DNA of 64,000 bases from assembly GCA_017539645.1 (NCBI GenBank), contig JAFYCM010000001.1, positions 23,342 through 87,341 of the forward strand. Direction: 5' to 3'. Made by a program: the position numbers and the translations under genes. This DNA is from Bacteroidales bacterium (lineage in GTDB: Bacteria; Bacteroidota; Bacteroidia; Bacteroidales; Marinilabiliaceae). The notes below the pieces were generated by a model. It saw nothing but the letters and a program-made list of their open reading frames with translations. It had not been told where the DNA came from and did not search any database. Numbering within the stretch: position 1 is the first letter of the stretch; every line of letters starts with the position of its first letter. Positions 1-9,924 of the stretch are shown here, one piece after another.

Positions 1-3000
1 CATAACAAACGGAATATGCGATGTGCGCACATCGTTCTTTATGCGGCGGCAGAGTTCGTTGCCGTCCATCGTAGGCATCATGACATCGGCGAGGATAAGG
101 TCGGGCAAGTTCTTCACTGCTAAAGCAAAAGCCTCAGCGCCGTCGCGTGCCTCTATGATGTTGTAGTCGGCCTTGAGCGTGTCGGTTATCAGCATACGGA
201 AGTCGCGGTTATCGTCCACCACCATCACCGTAGGTTTCTCGGTAGGCCTGTTTTCGCTATCAACTTCGGCCGATTCGGCGGCGGCAGTAAGCTGAATGTC
301 AGGTTGTTCGTCGCGCGTATTTATATTGTTAAGAATAGGTATAGATATGGTGAACACTGTGCCGCGTCCGATGTTATCGGCAACCTCGATAGTGCCATGG
401 TGAAGCGTAACAAACTCATGCACAATGTGTAAGCCTATGCCGCTGCCGCCATAACTACCTGCATTAGGGCGCTGCACTTGGTAGAAACGCTCAAAAATGT
501 GTGCCTTGCTCTCGTCGGGAATACCTATGCCCGTGTCGGCAACCTTGATAATCAGCTGTTTATTGTCGGTCGACTTGCCTACCCACACATCTATGCGGCC
601 ATCTTCGTTGGTGTATTTGAAGGCGTTGGAGAGCAAGTTGGTCATCACTTTGCCAATCTTGTCGCGGTCGAACTCCATAAATATTGAGTCTTCCGACGAG
701 CTGAACGACATCTGTATGTTGCGTTCCGACAGCGTGTTGAACGTGTGGCAAGCGCTCTTTATGAACTCCACAATGTCGCCATTCGAGAGCGTCAGTTGTT
801 GCCTCTCCACATCAATCTTGCGGAAGTCGAGCAGCTGGTTGACAAGTTGCAACAGCTGTTTGGCGTTGCGATAGACAATCTGCAATTTATCCTTTTGGCT
901 GCTATTGTTGGCTTCGGCTATTATGCTCTCGAGCGGTGTAATTATGAGGCTTAGCGGCGTACGTAGCTCGTGCGATATGTTTGTGAAGAAGTTCATCTTC
1001 ATATTGTCAATTTCGATTTTTCTTGCGGCTTCGGCCTCCACCTGCTGCAGTTTGAACTTCGTCTGCTCCTTGCGCATTATCTGCCTACGCATGACGAATA
1101 CGAGCATCATAAGTATAGATATGTATAAAAAGCCAGCCCATTTGGAGCGCCACCACGGCGGCAAAATCTCTATTTGTATTGCCGATGCCGATTCGCTGCT
1201 GTAGCCGTCGCCGTTAGCAGCGCGTACGTATAGTGTATATGTGCCCGGAGCGAGGTTTGTGTAGGTTGCCGATGGCTGCGTGGTGGTTATCCAATTGTCG
1301 TTGAAGCCATCGAGTTTGTAGCTGTAGGTCATCTTGTCGGGCAAGATGTAGCTAAGCGACGAGAATGCCACCGAGAACATATTTAGTTTGTGGTCGAGCA
1401 CTATTTTTTTCTTGTATATGAATGCTTCGTCGAGCACCGTGCGGCCACCTATCGTTTCGCCTACGCCAACCGATTTGCCGAAGATGGATAGGCCGGTGAA
1501 ATGCACCACTGGAAGTTCTTTGTTGAAGCGAATTTCGCGTGGAAAGAATCTGTTTATGCCGAATGTGCCTCCCACAAGCACTTCGCCTTTAGTGGTTTGC
1601 ACTATGCTACGTATGTTGAAGCCGCCCACTTGCAGTCCGTCCTCTTCGCCATAGTTATACACAGAAAACGAATAGTCGTCGTTGCGCGGATTGATATTTA
1701 TGACGATGTTGCTTATACCGCAACTTGTGCTCACCCAAATGTTGCGATTGTCGTCCTCCACAATGCCGTTCACCATTTCGTTTCCGAGGCCGTTTTGCAT
1801 ATTTATGATGCTATTTACGCCCGTTCGTTCGTTGATTATAAGTATGCCATTGCGCGAGCAGAGCCACAGCAGACCGCGGCTATCTTCATACACATCGTTG
1901 ATAACATCGTTGAAGATGCTCATTTCGCCATCGAATTTGTATGTCTTCAATTTGTTGGTGCCGTGAGCTATAACCGTCATGCCGCACACCGTACCCACAA
2001 GCATATCGCCACTCTTCGACAATGTCAGTGAGGTTATGGCGTCGGTGGGTAAATCGCCGTTCTCTACAGTATAGTTGCGCGCTGTATTCGTTGCGGGTGA
2101 GTAGCATGTCAGACCATGGTTGAGCGAGCCAACCCAGATGTTGCTATTCTCGTCCTCTTCGATAGCCCAAATGTTGTCGTTGGACATGATGGGCGAAACG
2201 CTGCTCAGCCCTTTGTAATTATGAAACCTCTTGCCATCGAAGCGCGACAGTCCGCCAAGGAACGTGCCTATCCACAAATCGCCATTTTTAGCCGCTTTGA
2301 GCGTAACTATCACATTGGAAGGAAGACTGTTTTTGTCGTTATCGTTGTGGCGGAAGAGATCGTATTTGCCCGTTTTGCTATTTACACGTACAAGTCCGAA
2401 CCCGTTGGTACCCAGCCAAATATCGCCGTTAGTATCTTCGGCTATGCAGTTTATGTCGGGGCGGAAATCTTTGGCGTCGATCTGCTTCAGTGGGTCTTCG
2501 GCAAACTTGAACATCGCCTCGTCGTAGAGCGACACTCCAGCCTTGTAATATCCAATCCACATAACACCTTGATTGTCGAAGCAGAGACTATTCACGCTGT
2601 TGCTCAGCAAACTACGCTCGTTGCCTATCTGATGCGTCAAGGTAGTTATGTTGCCCGTGCGTTTATCTATTATATGTATGCCGCCATGGTCGGTGCCTAC
2701 CCAGATGTTGTGCTCCTTATCCTCCGCAACGCTCTTGACCATGTTGTTGGGCAAACTAAATATAGCATCGCTATTTTCGCCGCAGAGCGTCCATTTGCTC
2801 GTTTTGCTGTTGCAGTACCAAAGACCATCGTAGGCGCACACCCATTTGTCGTTGGCGCTGTCGATGAACGCAGAATAGGTTTCACCCGTAATGGGCGTTT
2901 GGTCAACCTCGGCAGGCACTGTGGTTACGCGCCCATCGTTGGTGGTGTTTATTGTAGCTATGGCGCCGTTTCTATATATGATGAGCGTCTGACCATTGCC

Positions 3001-3531
3001 AGCCGCAATAGTGCAGATGTTGCCCCAATTCTCTTCGTTGCTACCAAGGTTTACGGTTTTCAAACCCTCGTCTGCGTCGTGGTAGAAATAGCAATGTTTG
3101 CCAGCCGCCAGCCACATATTCATGTGCGAATCGACATACGCAACGTCGATCTGTTCTTCTATACCTATGCTGCGGAAAAAGTCGTCGGCTGTGGCAAAAC
3201 GGTTCGCGCGTTTATCGTAGATGGCAAAGCCAGAGCCGTGTTTCACGAGCATCTTGTCGCCATAAATATCGCGTACCCATTGCACATAATTGTTTGGCAG
3301 CGATGCGTCATTGTCGGCGGCATGGTTGAAATGTATCATAGAGTAGCCATCGTATCTGTTCAGTCCCCAAGCCGTTGAAAACCAAACAAATCCGTCGACA
3401 TCTTTATACACATCGGAAACTTGGTTGCTCGACAGACCATCTTCCATGGTGATATGTTTGAAGTCGTAGTGTATTTGAGCCTGAGCCACTACACAGCTCA
3501 AGAACAAGAATAGTGCGTAATAATTTTTCAT
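1..3531 (-). CDS. Hybrid sensor histidine kinase/response regulator with periplasmic two-component-regulator beta-propeller/Y_Y_Y sensor (HTCS-like). The C-terminal part is cut by the window edge.
   Basis: Absent from the ORF track because it stays open to position 1. My reverse translation starts at ATG 3531 (in-frame alternative ATG 3537). It gives signal peptide MKNYYALFLFLSCVVAQAQ and repeated propeller motifs (NIWVGT, DLWIGT, GLSRFDG). It also gives a TM segment WAGFLYISILMMLVFV and H-box FFTNISHELRTPLSLI. HATPase boxes are KVADTGIGIP and GGSGIGLHIV. A receiver follows: VMVVDDNRDFR...LILADVMMPTMDG...HIPFVM, ending at nt 1. Confidence 0.9.
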   Translation of the reverse strand, partial: MKNYYALFLFLSCVVAQAQIHYDFKHITMEDGLSSNQVSDVYKDVDGFVWFSTAWGLNRYDGYSMIHFNHAADNDASLPNNYVQWVRDIYGDKMLVKHGSGFAIYDKRANRFATADDFFRSIGIEEQIDVAYVDSHMNMWLAAGKHCYFYHDADEGLKTVNLGSNEENWGNICTIAAGNGQTLIIYRNGAIATINTTNDGRVTTVPAEVDQTPITGETYSAFIDSANDKWVCAYDGLWYCNSKTSKWTLCGENSDAIFSLPNNMVKSVAEDKEHNIWVGTDHGGIHIIDKRTGNITTLTHQIGNERSLLSNSVNSLCFDNQGVMWIGYYKAGVSLYDEAMFKFAEDPLKQIDAKDFRPDINCIAEDTNGDIWLGTNGFGLVRVNSKTGKYDLFRHNDNDKNSLPSNVIVTLKAAKNGDLWIGTFLGGLSRFDGKRFHNYKGLSSVSPIMSNDNIWAIEEDENSNIWVGSLNHGLTCYSPATNTARNYTVENGDLPTDAITSLTLSKSGDMLVGTVCGMTVIAHGTNKLKTYKFDGEMSIFNDVINDVYEDSRGLLWLCSRNGILIINERTGVNSIINMQNGLGNEMVNGIVEDDNRNIWVSTSCGISNIVININPRNDDYSFSVYNYGEEDGLQVGGFNIRSIVQTTKGEVLVGGTFGINRFFPREIRFNKELPVVHFTGLSIFGKSVGVGETIGGRTVLDEAFIYKKKIVLDHKLNMFSVAFSSLSYILPDKMTYSYKLDGFNDNWITTTQPSATYTNLAPGTYTLYVRAANGDGYSSESASAIQIEILPPWWRSKWAGFLYISILMMLVFVMRRQIMRKEQTKFKLQQVEAEAARKIEIDNMKMNFFTNISHELRTPLSLIITPLESIIAEANNSSQKDKLQIVYRNAKQLLQLVNQLLDFRKIDVERQQLTLSNGDIVEFIKSACHTFNTLSERNIQMSFSSSEDSIFMEFDRDKIGKVMTNLLSNAFKYTNEDGRIDVWVGKSTDNKQLIIKVADTGIGIPDESKAHIFERFYQVQRPNAGSYGGSGIGLHIVHEFVTLHHGTIEVADNIGRGTVFTISIPILNNINTRDEQPDIQLTAAAESAEVDSENRPTEKPTVMVVDDNRDFRMLITDTLKADYNIIEARDGAEAFALAVKNLPDLILADVMMPTMDGNELCRRIKNDVRTSHIPFVM

Positions 3532-3642
3532 TTGCATCTCTTAGAGGGAGCGTTGATAGTCATGTGAATAATTACAAACGTAGCTAAATTTGCGTTCTTT
3601 TTTGAAAGGACCAATAAAAACGTATTTGAATATTATTGATAT

Positions 3643-4611
3643 ATGAACAATTGTAGCCCAATGGTGAGTGTTATAGTGCCCAACTATAACCATTCTAAAT
3701 ATTTACGTCAACGCATAGATTCTATTATAAATCAGACATTTCAAGATTTTGAACTGATTCTGCTCGATGACAAGAGTAGTGATAATAGCGTCGAAATTCT
3801 GCAATCGTATAGCACCAACGAGCATGTATCTGCAATAATTGTAAACCAAGAAAATAGCGGCAATACATTCAACCAATGGGAGCGAGGATTGAGTGTTGCT
3901 AAGGGCCGTTATATCTGGATTGCCGAGAGCGACGATGCGGCTGATATTCATTTCCTTGAGCGAACAGTTGCCGAGGCAGAAAAAGACGAAAAGATTGTCA
4001 TCTGTCAAGCGGGCGCTAACTTGATTGACGAAAATGGTGAGCCATTCAACGGGGGCGCATGGGATCATTGGCGAAAAAGCGATCTCGGGAAAACTATAGT
4101 ATACGATGGCAAGGCTTTTTGTAAGAATTATATGGTCTATACCAATGTTTTGTACAATGCTTCCGGAATCTTGTTCCGCCGTAACATAGTTACAGCTATT
4201 CCAGATTTCGTAAAACAATATAGAGTTTGTGGCGATTGGGTCTTTTGGTTCCATGTAGCTATGCAAGGTAAAGTGGCTATTTTGCACGAGAAACTCAATT
4301 ATTATCGTCGTAGCAATAGCAGCATTTCGCACAACGTGCCAGTTCTCGAGGATCTGATGGCGATGCAGCATTTTATAAAGGCAGGAATGCTATCAAACAG
4401 AGGTTTCAAGCATTGTATTGTGTGCGGAATTCATCAGCGAAGCATAAAGCATCTGAAAAAGCGCGATGCAGCAAAGGCTCAAGAGGTTTTGCAAGAGTTC
4501 TACCGCATCACGGGCTATCGTAGCATGTTTCCGTATCATTTCAGTCAGTTTATAAAGTACATAAACTACGTGATACCTATTTGTGCATTTCCTTCAAGAC
4601 ATATACTATAA
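3643..4611 (+). CDS. Glycosyltransferase family 2
   Basis: N-terminus VSVIVPNYNHSKYLRQRIDSIINQTFQDFELILLDDKSSDNS is the classic GT2 (GT-A) signature, and ESDD is a DxD-like motif. Alternative start at 3661. Confidence 0.9.
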   Translation: MNNCSPMVSVIVPNYNHSKYLRQRIDSIINQTFQDFELILLDDKSSDNSVEILQSYSTNEHVSAIIVNQENSGNTFNQWERGLSVAKGRYIWIAESDDAADIHFLERTVAEAEKDEKIVICQAGANLIDENGEPFNGGAWDHWRKSDLGKTIVYDGKAFCKNYMVYTNVLYNASGILFRRNIVTAIPDFVKQYRVCGDWVFWFHVAMQGKVAILHEKLNYYRRSNSSISHNVPVLEDLMAMQHFIKAGMLSNRGFKHCIVCGIHQRSIKHLKKRDAAKAQEVLQEFYRITGYRSMFPYHFSQFIKYINYVIPICAFPSRHIL

Positions 4612-4631
4612 ACATAAATAACTGCGATAGT

Positions 4632-5783
4632 ATGCAAATAACATTTCTGCTCAGCAGATTTCTCAATGGCGGTATAGATACGGTGATAGTAAGATATTTA
4701 CAATGTCTTGCTAATCAGAGTTATAAGTTGCGATTGATTATTGGTAGCGAATATAAAGGCCTGCAACCATTTGAGGCTGAATTGCCAGCCGAAGTTGAGG
4801 TAAAATACCTTTTGCCCGAGAGCATTCTTACCGCGCTACCCAAAAAGAAACTTTCGCATAAACTCTCTGCAGCAGAGAAGATTGCAGATGCAGTGTTTTT
4901 TGCTCCTGTTCGCCGTGTGTTGCAGCGAAACCGACTGCGCAGTATCTTGAAAAGTTGCGACGTGGTTGTTGATTTCGACAGCACGTTTTACTCTCTATTG
5001 AAGGGCGTGCCGAGCAAGAAGATAGCTTTCTTCCACTTCAGTATAAATAAATACCATCGTGGAGACGAACGTAAATTGAGGCGTCTTTGCACCAAAATGT
5101 CTGTTTATGACAAGATTGTGCTTATCTGCAACAAGATGGCTGAAGAGTTTGCTTCGCGAGCACCAGAGTTGAACGATAGAATTAGTGTCATTTATAATCC
5201 TATCGACGAGTGGCAGCAGCGGCAGAAGGCTTTGGAATATGCTGTGTCGGCTGAAGATTACATACTCTCTGTGGGACGTCTCGAAGAGCATCAGAAAGAT
5301 TTTACTACGCTGATAAAGGCCTATGCTTGCGCGTATAGGCGGAATGCCCAAATTCCTCCGCTATATATTATTGGCGATGGTATAGATAGAACCGATTTGG
5401 AGAAACTCGCAAAGGAAGAGGGTGTGGCAGAACGCGTGAAATTCCTTGGCTATCTGAATAATCCTATGCCGTGGATTGCTAATGCCAAAATGTTTATTCT
5501 GAGCTCTAAGTTCGAAGGCCTACCAACCGTTTTGGTGGAGGCGCTAATGCTTGATAGAGTGATAGTTGCAACCGATTGCCCAACAGGCCCAGCAGAAATT
5601 CTCGATAATGGCAATTGTGGCCGCCTCGTTCCTATTGCCGATGTCGATTCTTTGTCCAACGCTATAATTGATTTATTGGATAATAATGAGTTACGTAGCG
5701 AGATCCTGTCAAACGTTTCTAATCATAAAAAACTCTTTACGCCAGAGCATTGCATCACTAAGTTTGTTGAACTGCTTCAGTAG
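4632..5783 (+). CDS. Glycosyltransferase family 4 (GT-B, Glycos_transf_1)
   Basis: The C-terminal half (LSVGRLEEHQKDFTTLIKAY...FILSSKFEGLPTVLVEALM) matches the GT4 E-x7-E region. I place the start at internal ATG 4632 (MQITFLL) rather than the track start at 4581. Confidence 0.88.
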   Translation: MQITFLLSRFLNGGIDTVIVRYLQCLANQSYKLRLIIGSEYKGLQPFEAELPAEVEVKYLLPESILTALPKKKLSHKLSAAEKIADAVFFAPVRRVLQRNRLRSILKSCDVVVDFDSTFYSLLKGVPSKKIAFFHFSINKYHRGDERKLRRLCTKMSVYDKIVLICNKMAEEFASRAPELNDRISVIYNPIDEWQQRQKALEYAVSAEDYILSVGRLEEHQKDFTTLIKAYACAYRRNAQIPPLYIIGDGIDRTDLEKLAKEEGVAERVKFLGYLNNPMPWIANAKMFILSSKFEGLPTVLVEALMLDRVIVATDCPTGPAEILDNGNCGRLVPIADVDSLSNAIIDLLDNNELRSEILSNVSNHKKLFTPEHCITKFVELLQ

Positions 5784-5792
5784 CTGTATGGC

Positions 5793-7817
5793 TTAGAAAT
5801 CCTCATCGTCATCTTCTTCGTCGAATTCTTCCAGTCGGCGTGCAATGGCGGCGTAACGTTTGGCTTCATCGTCTTCGCCGATGCGTTTGCAGATGTCTAC
5901 TAACATCTTGTAGGTCTGCACGTTGCCATCGTCGGCATCGAGGGCTTCGAGTAGCGTGTTATATGCATTGCCGAAGTTGCGCATCTTGGTGTGAGCCGTG
6001 GCGCAGAGCTGAAGTGCCTTGGCAGAACGCTTTATCTTGTTAGCCTTCGTAGCATCGTCGAGAGCTGCATCGTAGTCGCCGTCCGAAATATGAATCTCGG
6101 CGCGCATAAGTAGGGCGTCTAAATGCTTGGCATACATACGTATAGCCTTGTTGAGGTTGCCCAACGCCGAGCGATTATCTTTATAATGATGCAGACATTC
6201 GACCGCCAGCAGATAGTACTCCTGCGCGAACTCCTTGTCTTGCGCCACATGGCTCTTCTCGAGTTTTTTTAGCCGTTCAATCTCGGCGTGTAAGTCGTTG
6301 ATAAAGTTGAATTTACTACATATAAAACGTTGCACGGCTGGCTTCGTAAGGTCGTCGGGACGAAGGGCGAAGGCTTCAGCAGCGTAGCTAATAGCACTGC
6401 GAAAATCCTCTTGCTTCAGGGCAATCAGCGCGGCTTGGTAGAGATTCGAGGCCTTGGCGTCGTTGAGTTGCTGGCCGATAAGCGCCTCATCATTAGCATG
6501 ATATGAATATTCTATAACCGATTTATTGCTCTTGATGTCGGTAGCGGTGATGGGCGTACGTAGCACAATGCCCTCAAGTGTGCGGCAACGACTGAGCGCC
6601 ACGTAGACCTGTCCGTAGGCAAATGCGCCACCGCTGATGTCGATGATGGCTCTATCGAACGTGAGGCCTTGGCTCTTATGTATGGTGATGGCCCACGCGA
6701 GTTTTATAGGCAACTGCGTGAAACTGCCCAAAACCTCCTCCATCACTTGGTGTTTCTCCTCGTTGTAGCGGTATCGGATGTTGTTCCACGTCTCTTTTGT
6801 AACGAAATATTTATCGAGATCTTCGGTCTCTATCCATACGCCATCGTCCTCAATATCAACAATATGTGCAATCGTTCCGTTGAACCAACGATGCTCTTGG
6901 TCGTTCTTTATAAATACCACCTGAGCGCCGCGTTTCAGCGTGAGATTTTTCTCAGTTGGCAGCAGCGAATCGGGGAAATCGCCTTCGCAGATGCCCTCGA
7001 AGGTCTGAGGTATGTCATCGATGGCGTCGAGATGTTGGCTGTTTATGGTATCGGCAGCGGCGCGACGCGAGCAGAGCGTGATGTAGAAATCGTCCTTCGT
7101 AGGCGCAAAATTCCTATCTACGCGGCTATTGATAAGTTGCAGGTCGTTGCTATCGGCCATACCTATACGTACGCGGTCGAGCAGCGCGAGAAACTGGTGC
7201 TCGTGCTGGCGATAGACCTTGCGAAGTTCAATCTGCACCAGCTTAATCTTCTTGAAAACCACCGCACCAAAGAAATATGGCGAGGTGTAGAAACGACGCA
7301 AGATGTCCCAATCTTCGCGGCGTGTGACGGGTTCGAGCTGAAACGCATCGCCAACGAGCAGCAACTGCTTGCCACCAAACGGCGTGTGACGATGGCCAGA
7401 GTATGTTCGCAGAATCAAATCGACGAAGTCGAGCAAGTCGGCACGAACCATCGAAACCTCGTCAATAACAATGAGTTCGAGCTCTTGAATGAGTTTTATC
7501 TTCTCCTTGTTGAACTTCATGCGGTCGCGCAGTCGGCGGTCATCTGTGAAGTTGATGTCGTCGAGAGCGAAGGGGTGCATAGGTACTTTGAAAAACGAGT
7601 GAATCGTTACGCCGCCCGCGTTCACCGCCGCAATGCCCGTAGGCGCAAGCACAACGGTCTTTTTGATCGTATTCTTAACTATGTAGCGCAAAAAGGTCGA
7701 CTTGCCCGTGCCAGCTCGCCCCGTCATGTAGACCGACGAGTTGGTTTGGTTGATGAGTTTCATAACGTTCTGAAACTCAGCGTTATTAAGCTCTATATCT
7801 TGCGGCTTATCACTCAT
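5793..7817 (-). CDS. Pif1/RecD-like SF1B DNA helicase with a C-terminal TPR domain and an acidic tail
   Basis: Walker A GRAGTGKST, Walker B IVIDEVSMV, and LLLVGDAFQLEPV. UvrD_C_2-type end ITIHKSQGLTFD...YVALSRCR. This is followed by about 200 aa of TPR-like repeats ending EEFDEEDDDEDF. The start overlaps the upstream gene stop by 8 nt. Confidence 0.85.
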   Translation of the reverse strand: MSDKPQDIELNNAEFQNVMKLINQTNSSVYMTGRAGTGKSTFLRYIVKNTIKKTVVLAPTGIAAVNAGGVTIHSFFKVPMHPFALDDINFTDDRRLRDRMKFNKEKIKLIQELELIVIDEVSMVRADLLDFVDLILRTYSGHRHTPFGGKQLLLVGDAFQLEPVTRREDWDILRRFYTSPYFFGAVVFKKIKLVQIELRKVYRQHEHQFLALLDRVRIGMADSNDLQLINSRVDRNFAPTKDDFYITLCSRRAAADTINSQHLDAIDDIPQTFEGICEGDFPDSLLPTEKNLTLKRGAQVVFIKNDQEHRWFNGTIAHIVDIEDDGVWIETEDLDKYFVTKETWNNIRYRYNEEKHQVMEEVLGSFTQLPIKLAWAITIHKSQGLTFDRAIIDISGGAFAYGQVYVALSRCRTLEGIVLRTPITATDIKSNKSVIEYSYHANDEALIGQQLNDAKASNLYQAALIALKQEDFRSAISYAAEAFALRPDDLTKPAVQRFICSKFNFINDLHAEIERLKKLEKSHVAQDKEFAQEYYLLAVECLHHYKDNRSALGNLNKAIRMYAKHLDALLMRAEIHISDGDYDAALDDATKANKIKRSAKALQLCATAHTKMRNFGNAYNTLLEALDADDGNVQTYKMLVDICKRIGEDDEAKRYAAIARRLEEFDEEDDDEDF

Positions 7818-9909
7818 TATTCTTCTTGTGGTCGGTGTAGCGTTTTATCACGTTGTAGGCCTTGTAGATGCCCAATTCGCCCGCGCGGCTAAGGTCGGCA
7901 GTGCCATTCTCCTCGTCGCCAAGGTAAATCTTAATTATGCCGCGGTTGAAGTAAGCTTCGGCAAACTCGCCGTTGAGCTCGATAGCCTGCGTAAGCGACT
8001 CGAGCGCGTCGTTGTATTGCTTACGTATGCACTGAATGAGGCTGATGTTGTAGTATGCAAACTCGAAGTTAGGTGCAAGTTCCGTTACGCGTTTCAAGTC
8101 GCTCATTATCAGATCGTAGTCGAGTACGGTTATCTCGTTCTTGATTTGTTGCTGCTGTCCAAGTTGGTTCGAAGTTACAGCCGCTTCCGACTCGAGCGTA
8201 CGCAGCATCTCTACCATCTTGTAGCGTGTGCTGGCACGGTTGAAGTATGCATTTACATCTTTAGAATTTTTCAAAATACATACGCTGAAGTCATTGATAG
8301 CGTTGTTGTAGTTGAGTACAAGATTATACATAGTGCCACGCTCCATGTAGAGGTCGGTATTGTCGGGGTCGGCATCAATCTGCGACGATATTTCGCGAAT
8401 CTTGCCGAAGTAGTTTATAGCGGCATTGCTGCTGCTCGACACATATTCGCGGTTGGTGATGACGAGGGGGCGGTCGGAAATCTTCTTGTTGTTGAACTCT
8501 TCCACCGTGCGAGCGTAGTAGCGCGCCTTGGGCAGAATGGTGTCGTTGGTGAAGAAACTGAGTTCAAACACGGGTTCCATATCTATGGCTATGTCGCGGT
8601 CTTGCACGCGGCCGCGGATGGTCTCCTTGTTGTCTTGTTGCAGCTTGTCGTCGTTGTCGCCGAAATCCGACACCACCACCATTTGGTCGTATTTCTTTAT
8701 GTCGTTGTCGTTCTTGCTACGCGACGATTTTTTGCTCTTTTTCTTGTCGCCAGCTTTCTTGTCTGGCGTGTTTTGCGCCGTTTCCGTTTCGGCTTTCTCG
8801 CCGTTTTCGAGACCGCGTTTTATGCGCTCTTGCTCAAATGTATACGCCGTCATGTAGTCGAGCTCCGAGCCCTTCAAATCGCCCTGCTGACGCTTTACTA
8901 TGGCTCGCTGGTAGTAGGCAGGACCAAACTCTGGGTGCTTAGCTATAATTATGTTGAGGTCGCCGAGAGCATTGTTGAGCTGACCTATTTGTATGTATAA
9001 AATGGCGCGATTGAACAGCGAAATATCATCAGATGGATTGATACTCAGTACCATAGTAAAGTCGTCGATGGCGTTATTGATGTCGCCAAACTCAGCTCGC
9101 AGCATACCGCGGTTGGCATATGCCATCACGTTTTTCGGATCGAGTTCTATGGCGTGGTCGATGTCGCTCATACAGCCGCGATAGTCGTCGAGATTGTACT
9201 TTGTTATAGCTCTATTTATGTATATGTATGCATCGTTGGGGCGAAGTTCGGCGAGGTGGTTGTAGTCTTCGAGCGCCTTGTCGAACTGCTTGGTTTGGTA
9301 GTGCATCATAGCTAAGTATGTATATGCATCGGGCGAGTACTTATTTATCTGCGTAGCGCGTTCAAACTCGCTGATAGCCAACGTTGTATCGCCGCGTTCT
9401 ACGTATGCAATACCGCGATAGAGTATGCCGCCAACGTTGCGTTTGTCGTAGCTAAGAAGCTTGTCGAAGTCGGCTACCGATTTGTCGTACTCTTTCAAGT
9501 TGATGTTAGCTATACCACTGTTCATCAGTAAGTTGAGGTTGTCAGGCTCTACTTTCAATCCAGCTTCAAAATCGTCCAATGCCTCGCGCGATTCGCCTTT
9601 GCGAAGCCTAATTATGCCGCGAAGGTTGTATGCCGAAATTAGAAACGGGTTGATATTCAGCGCAACATCGCAGTCGGAGGCTGCACCGTTGAGGTCGTCT
9701 AAGTAGAATTTCGCCACAGCGCGATAGTAATACGGGTCGGCCAAATAGGGCTTCACGTTTATAACGCGGTTGAAATATTGGATGGAGAGCACGTAGTCCT
9801 CGAAGTAGAGCGCGTTGCGACCAATCGACATCATGCGGCTCGTATTTATCTGCGCCACAGCCATTTGCGACGCAACCGCGAGCATCAGTATAATTATAAA
9901 ACGTTTCAT
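7810..9909 (-). CDS. Secreted tetratricopeptide-repeat protein (699 aa) with a central Lys/Asp-rich linker
   Basis: Signal peptide MKRFIIILMLAVASQMAVAQ. Many 34-aa TPR units (A..YY.RA......D...A..D...A....P). The central low-complexity stretch is DKKAGDKKKSKKSSRSKNDNDIKK. Confidence 0.85.
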   Translation of the reverse strand: MKRFIIILMLAVASQMAVAQINTSRMMSIGRNALYFEDYVLSIQYFNRVINVKPYLADPYYYRAVAKFYLDDLNGAASDCDVALNINPFLISAYNLRGIIRLRKGESREALDDFEAGLKVEPDNLNLLMNSGIANINLKEYDKSVADFDKLLSYDKRNVGGILYRGIAYVERGDTTLAISEFERATQINKYSPDAYTYLAMMHYQTKQFDKALEDYNHLAELRPNDAYIYINRAITKYNLDDYRGCMSDIDHAIELDPKNVMAYANRGMLRAEFGDINNAIDDFTMVLSINPSDDISLFNRAILYIQIGQLNNALGDLNIIIAKHPEFGPAYYQRAIVKRQQGDLKGSELDYMTAYTFEQERIKRGLENGEKAETETAQNTPDKKAGDKKKSKKSSRSKNDNDIKKYDQMVVVSDFGDNDDKLQQDNKETIRGRVQDRDIAIDMEPVFELSFFTNDTILPKARYYARTVEEFNNKKISDRPLVITNREYVSSSSNAAINYFGKIREISSQIDADPDNTDLYMERGTMYNLVLNYNNAINDFSVCILKNSKDVNAYFNRASTRYKMVEMLRTLESEAAVTSNQLGQQQQIKNEITVLDYDLIMSDLKRVTELAPNFEFAYYNISLIQCIRKQYNDALESLTQAIELNGEFAEAYFNRGIIKIYLGDEENGTADLSRAGELGIYKAYNVIKRYTDHKKNNE

Positions 9910-9924
9910 CGTTTGCCTCCTTTT

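Noticed and set aside
2116-3378. 420-aa plus-strand ORF, and neighbours 1501-2031 and 1682-1966
   Set aside because: It is antisense to the propeller sensor kinase, whose minus-strand translation shows clear signal peptide, H-box, HATPase and receiver motifs. The plus-strand product is low-complexity (V/A/I/R-rich) with no motifs, which is a typical shadow ORF.
6669-9000. Long plus-strand ORFs 6669-7892 (407 aa) and 7828-9000 (390 aa)
   Set aside because: They are antisense shadows of the Pif1-like helicase and the TPR protein. They have no recognisable motifs, whereas the minus-strand products have strong family signatures.
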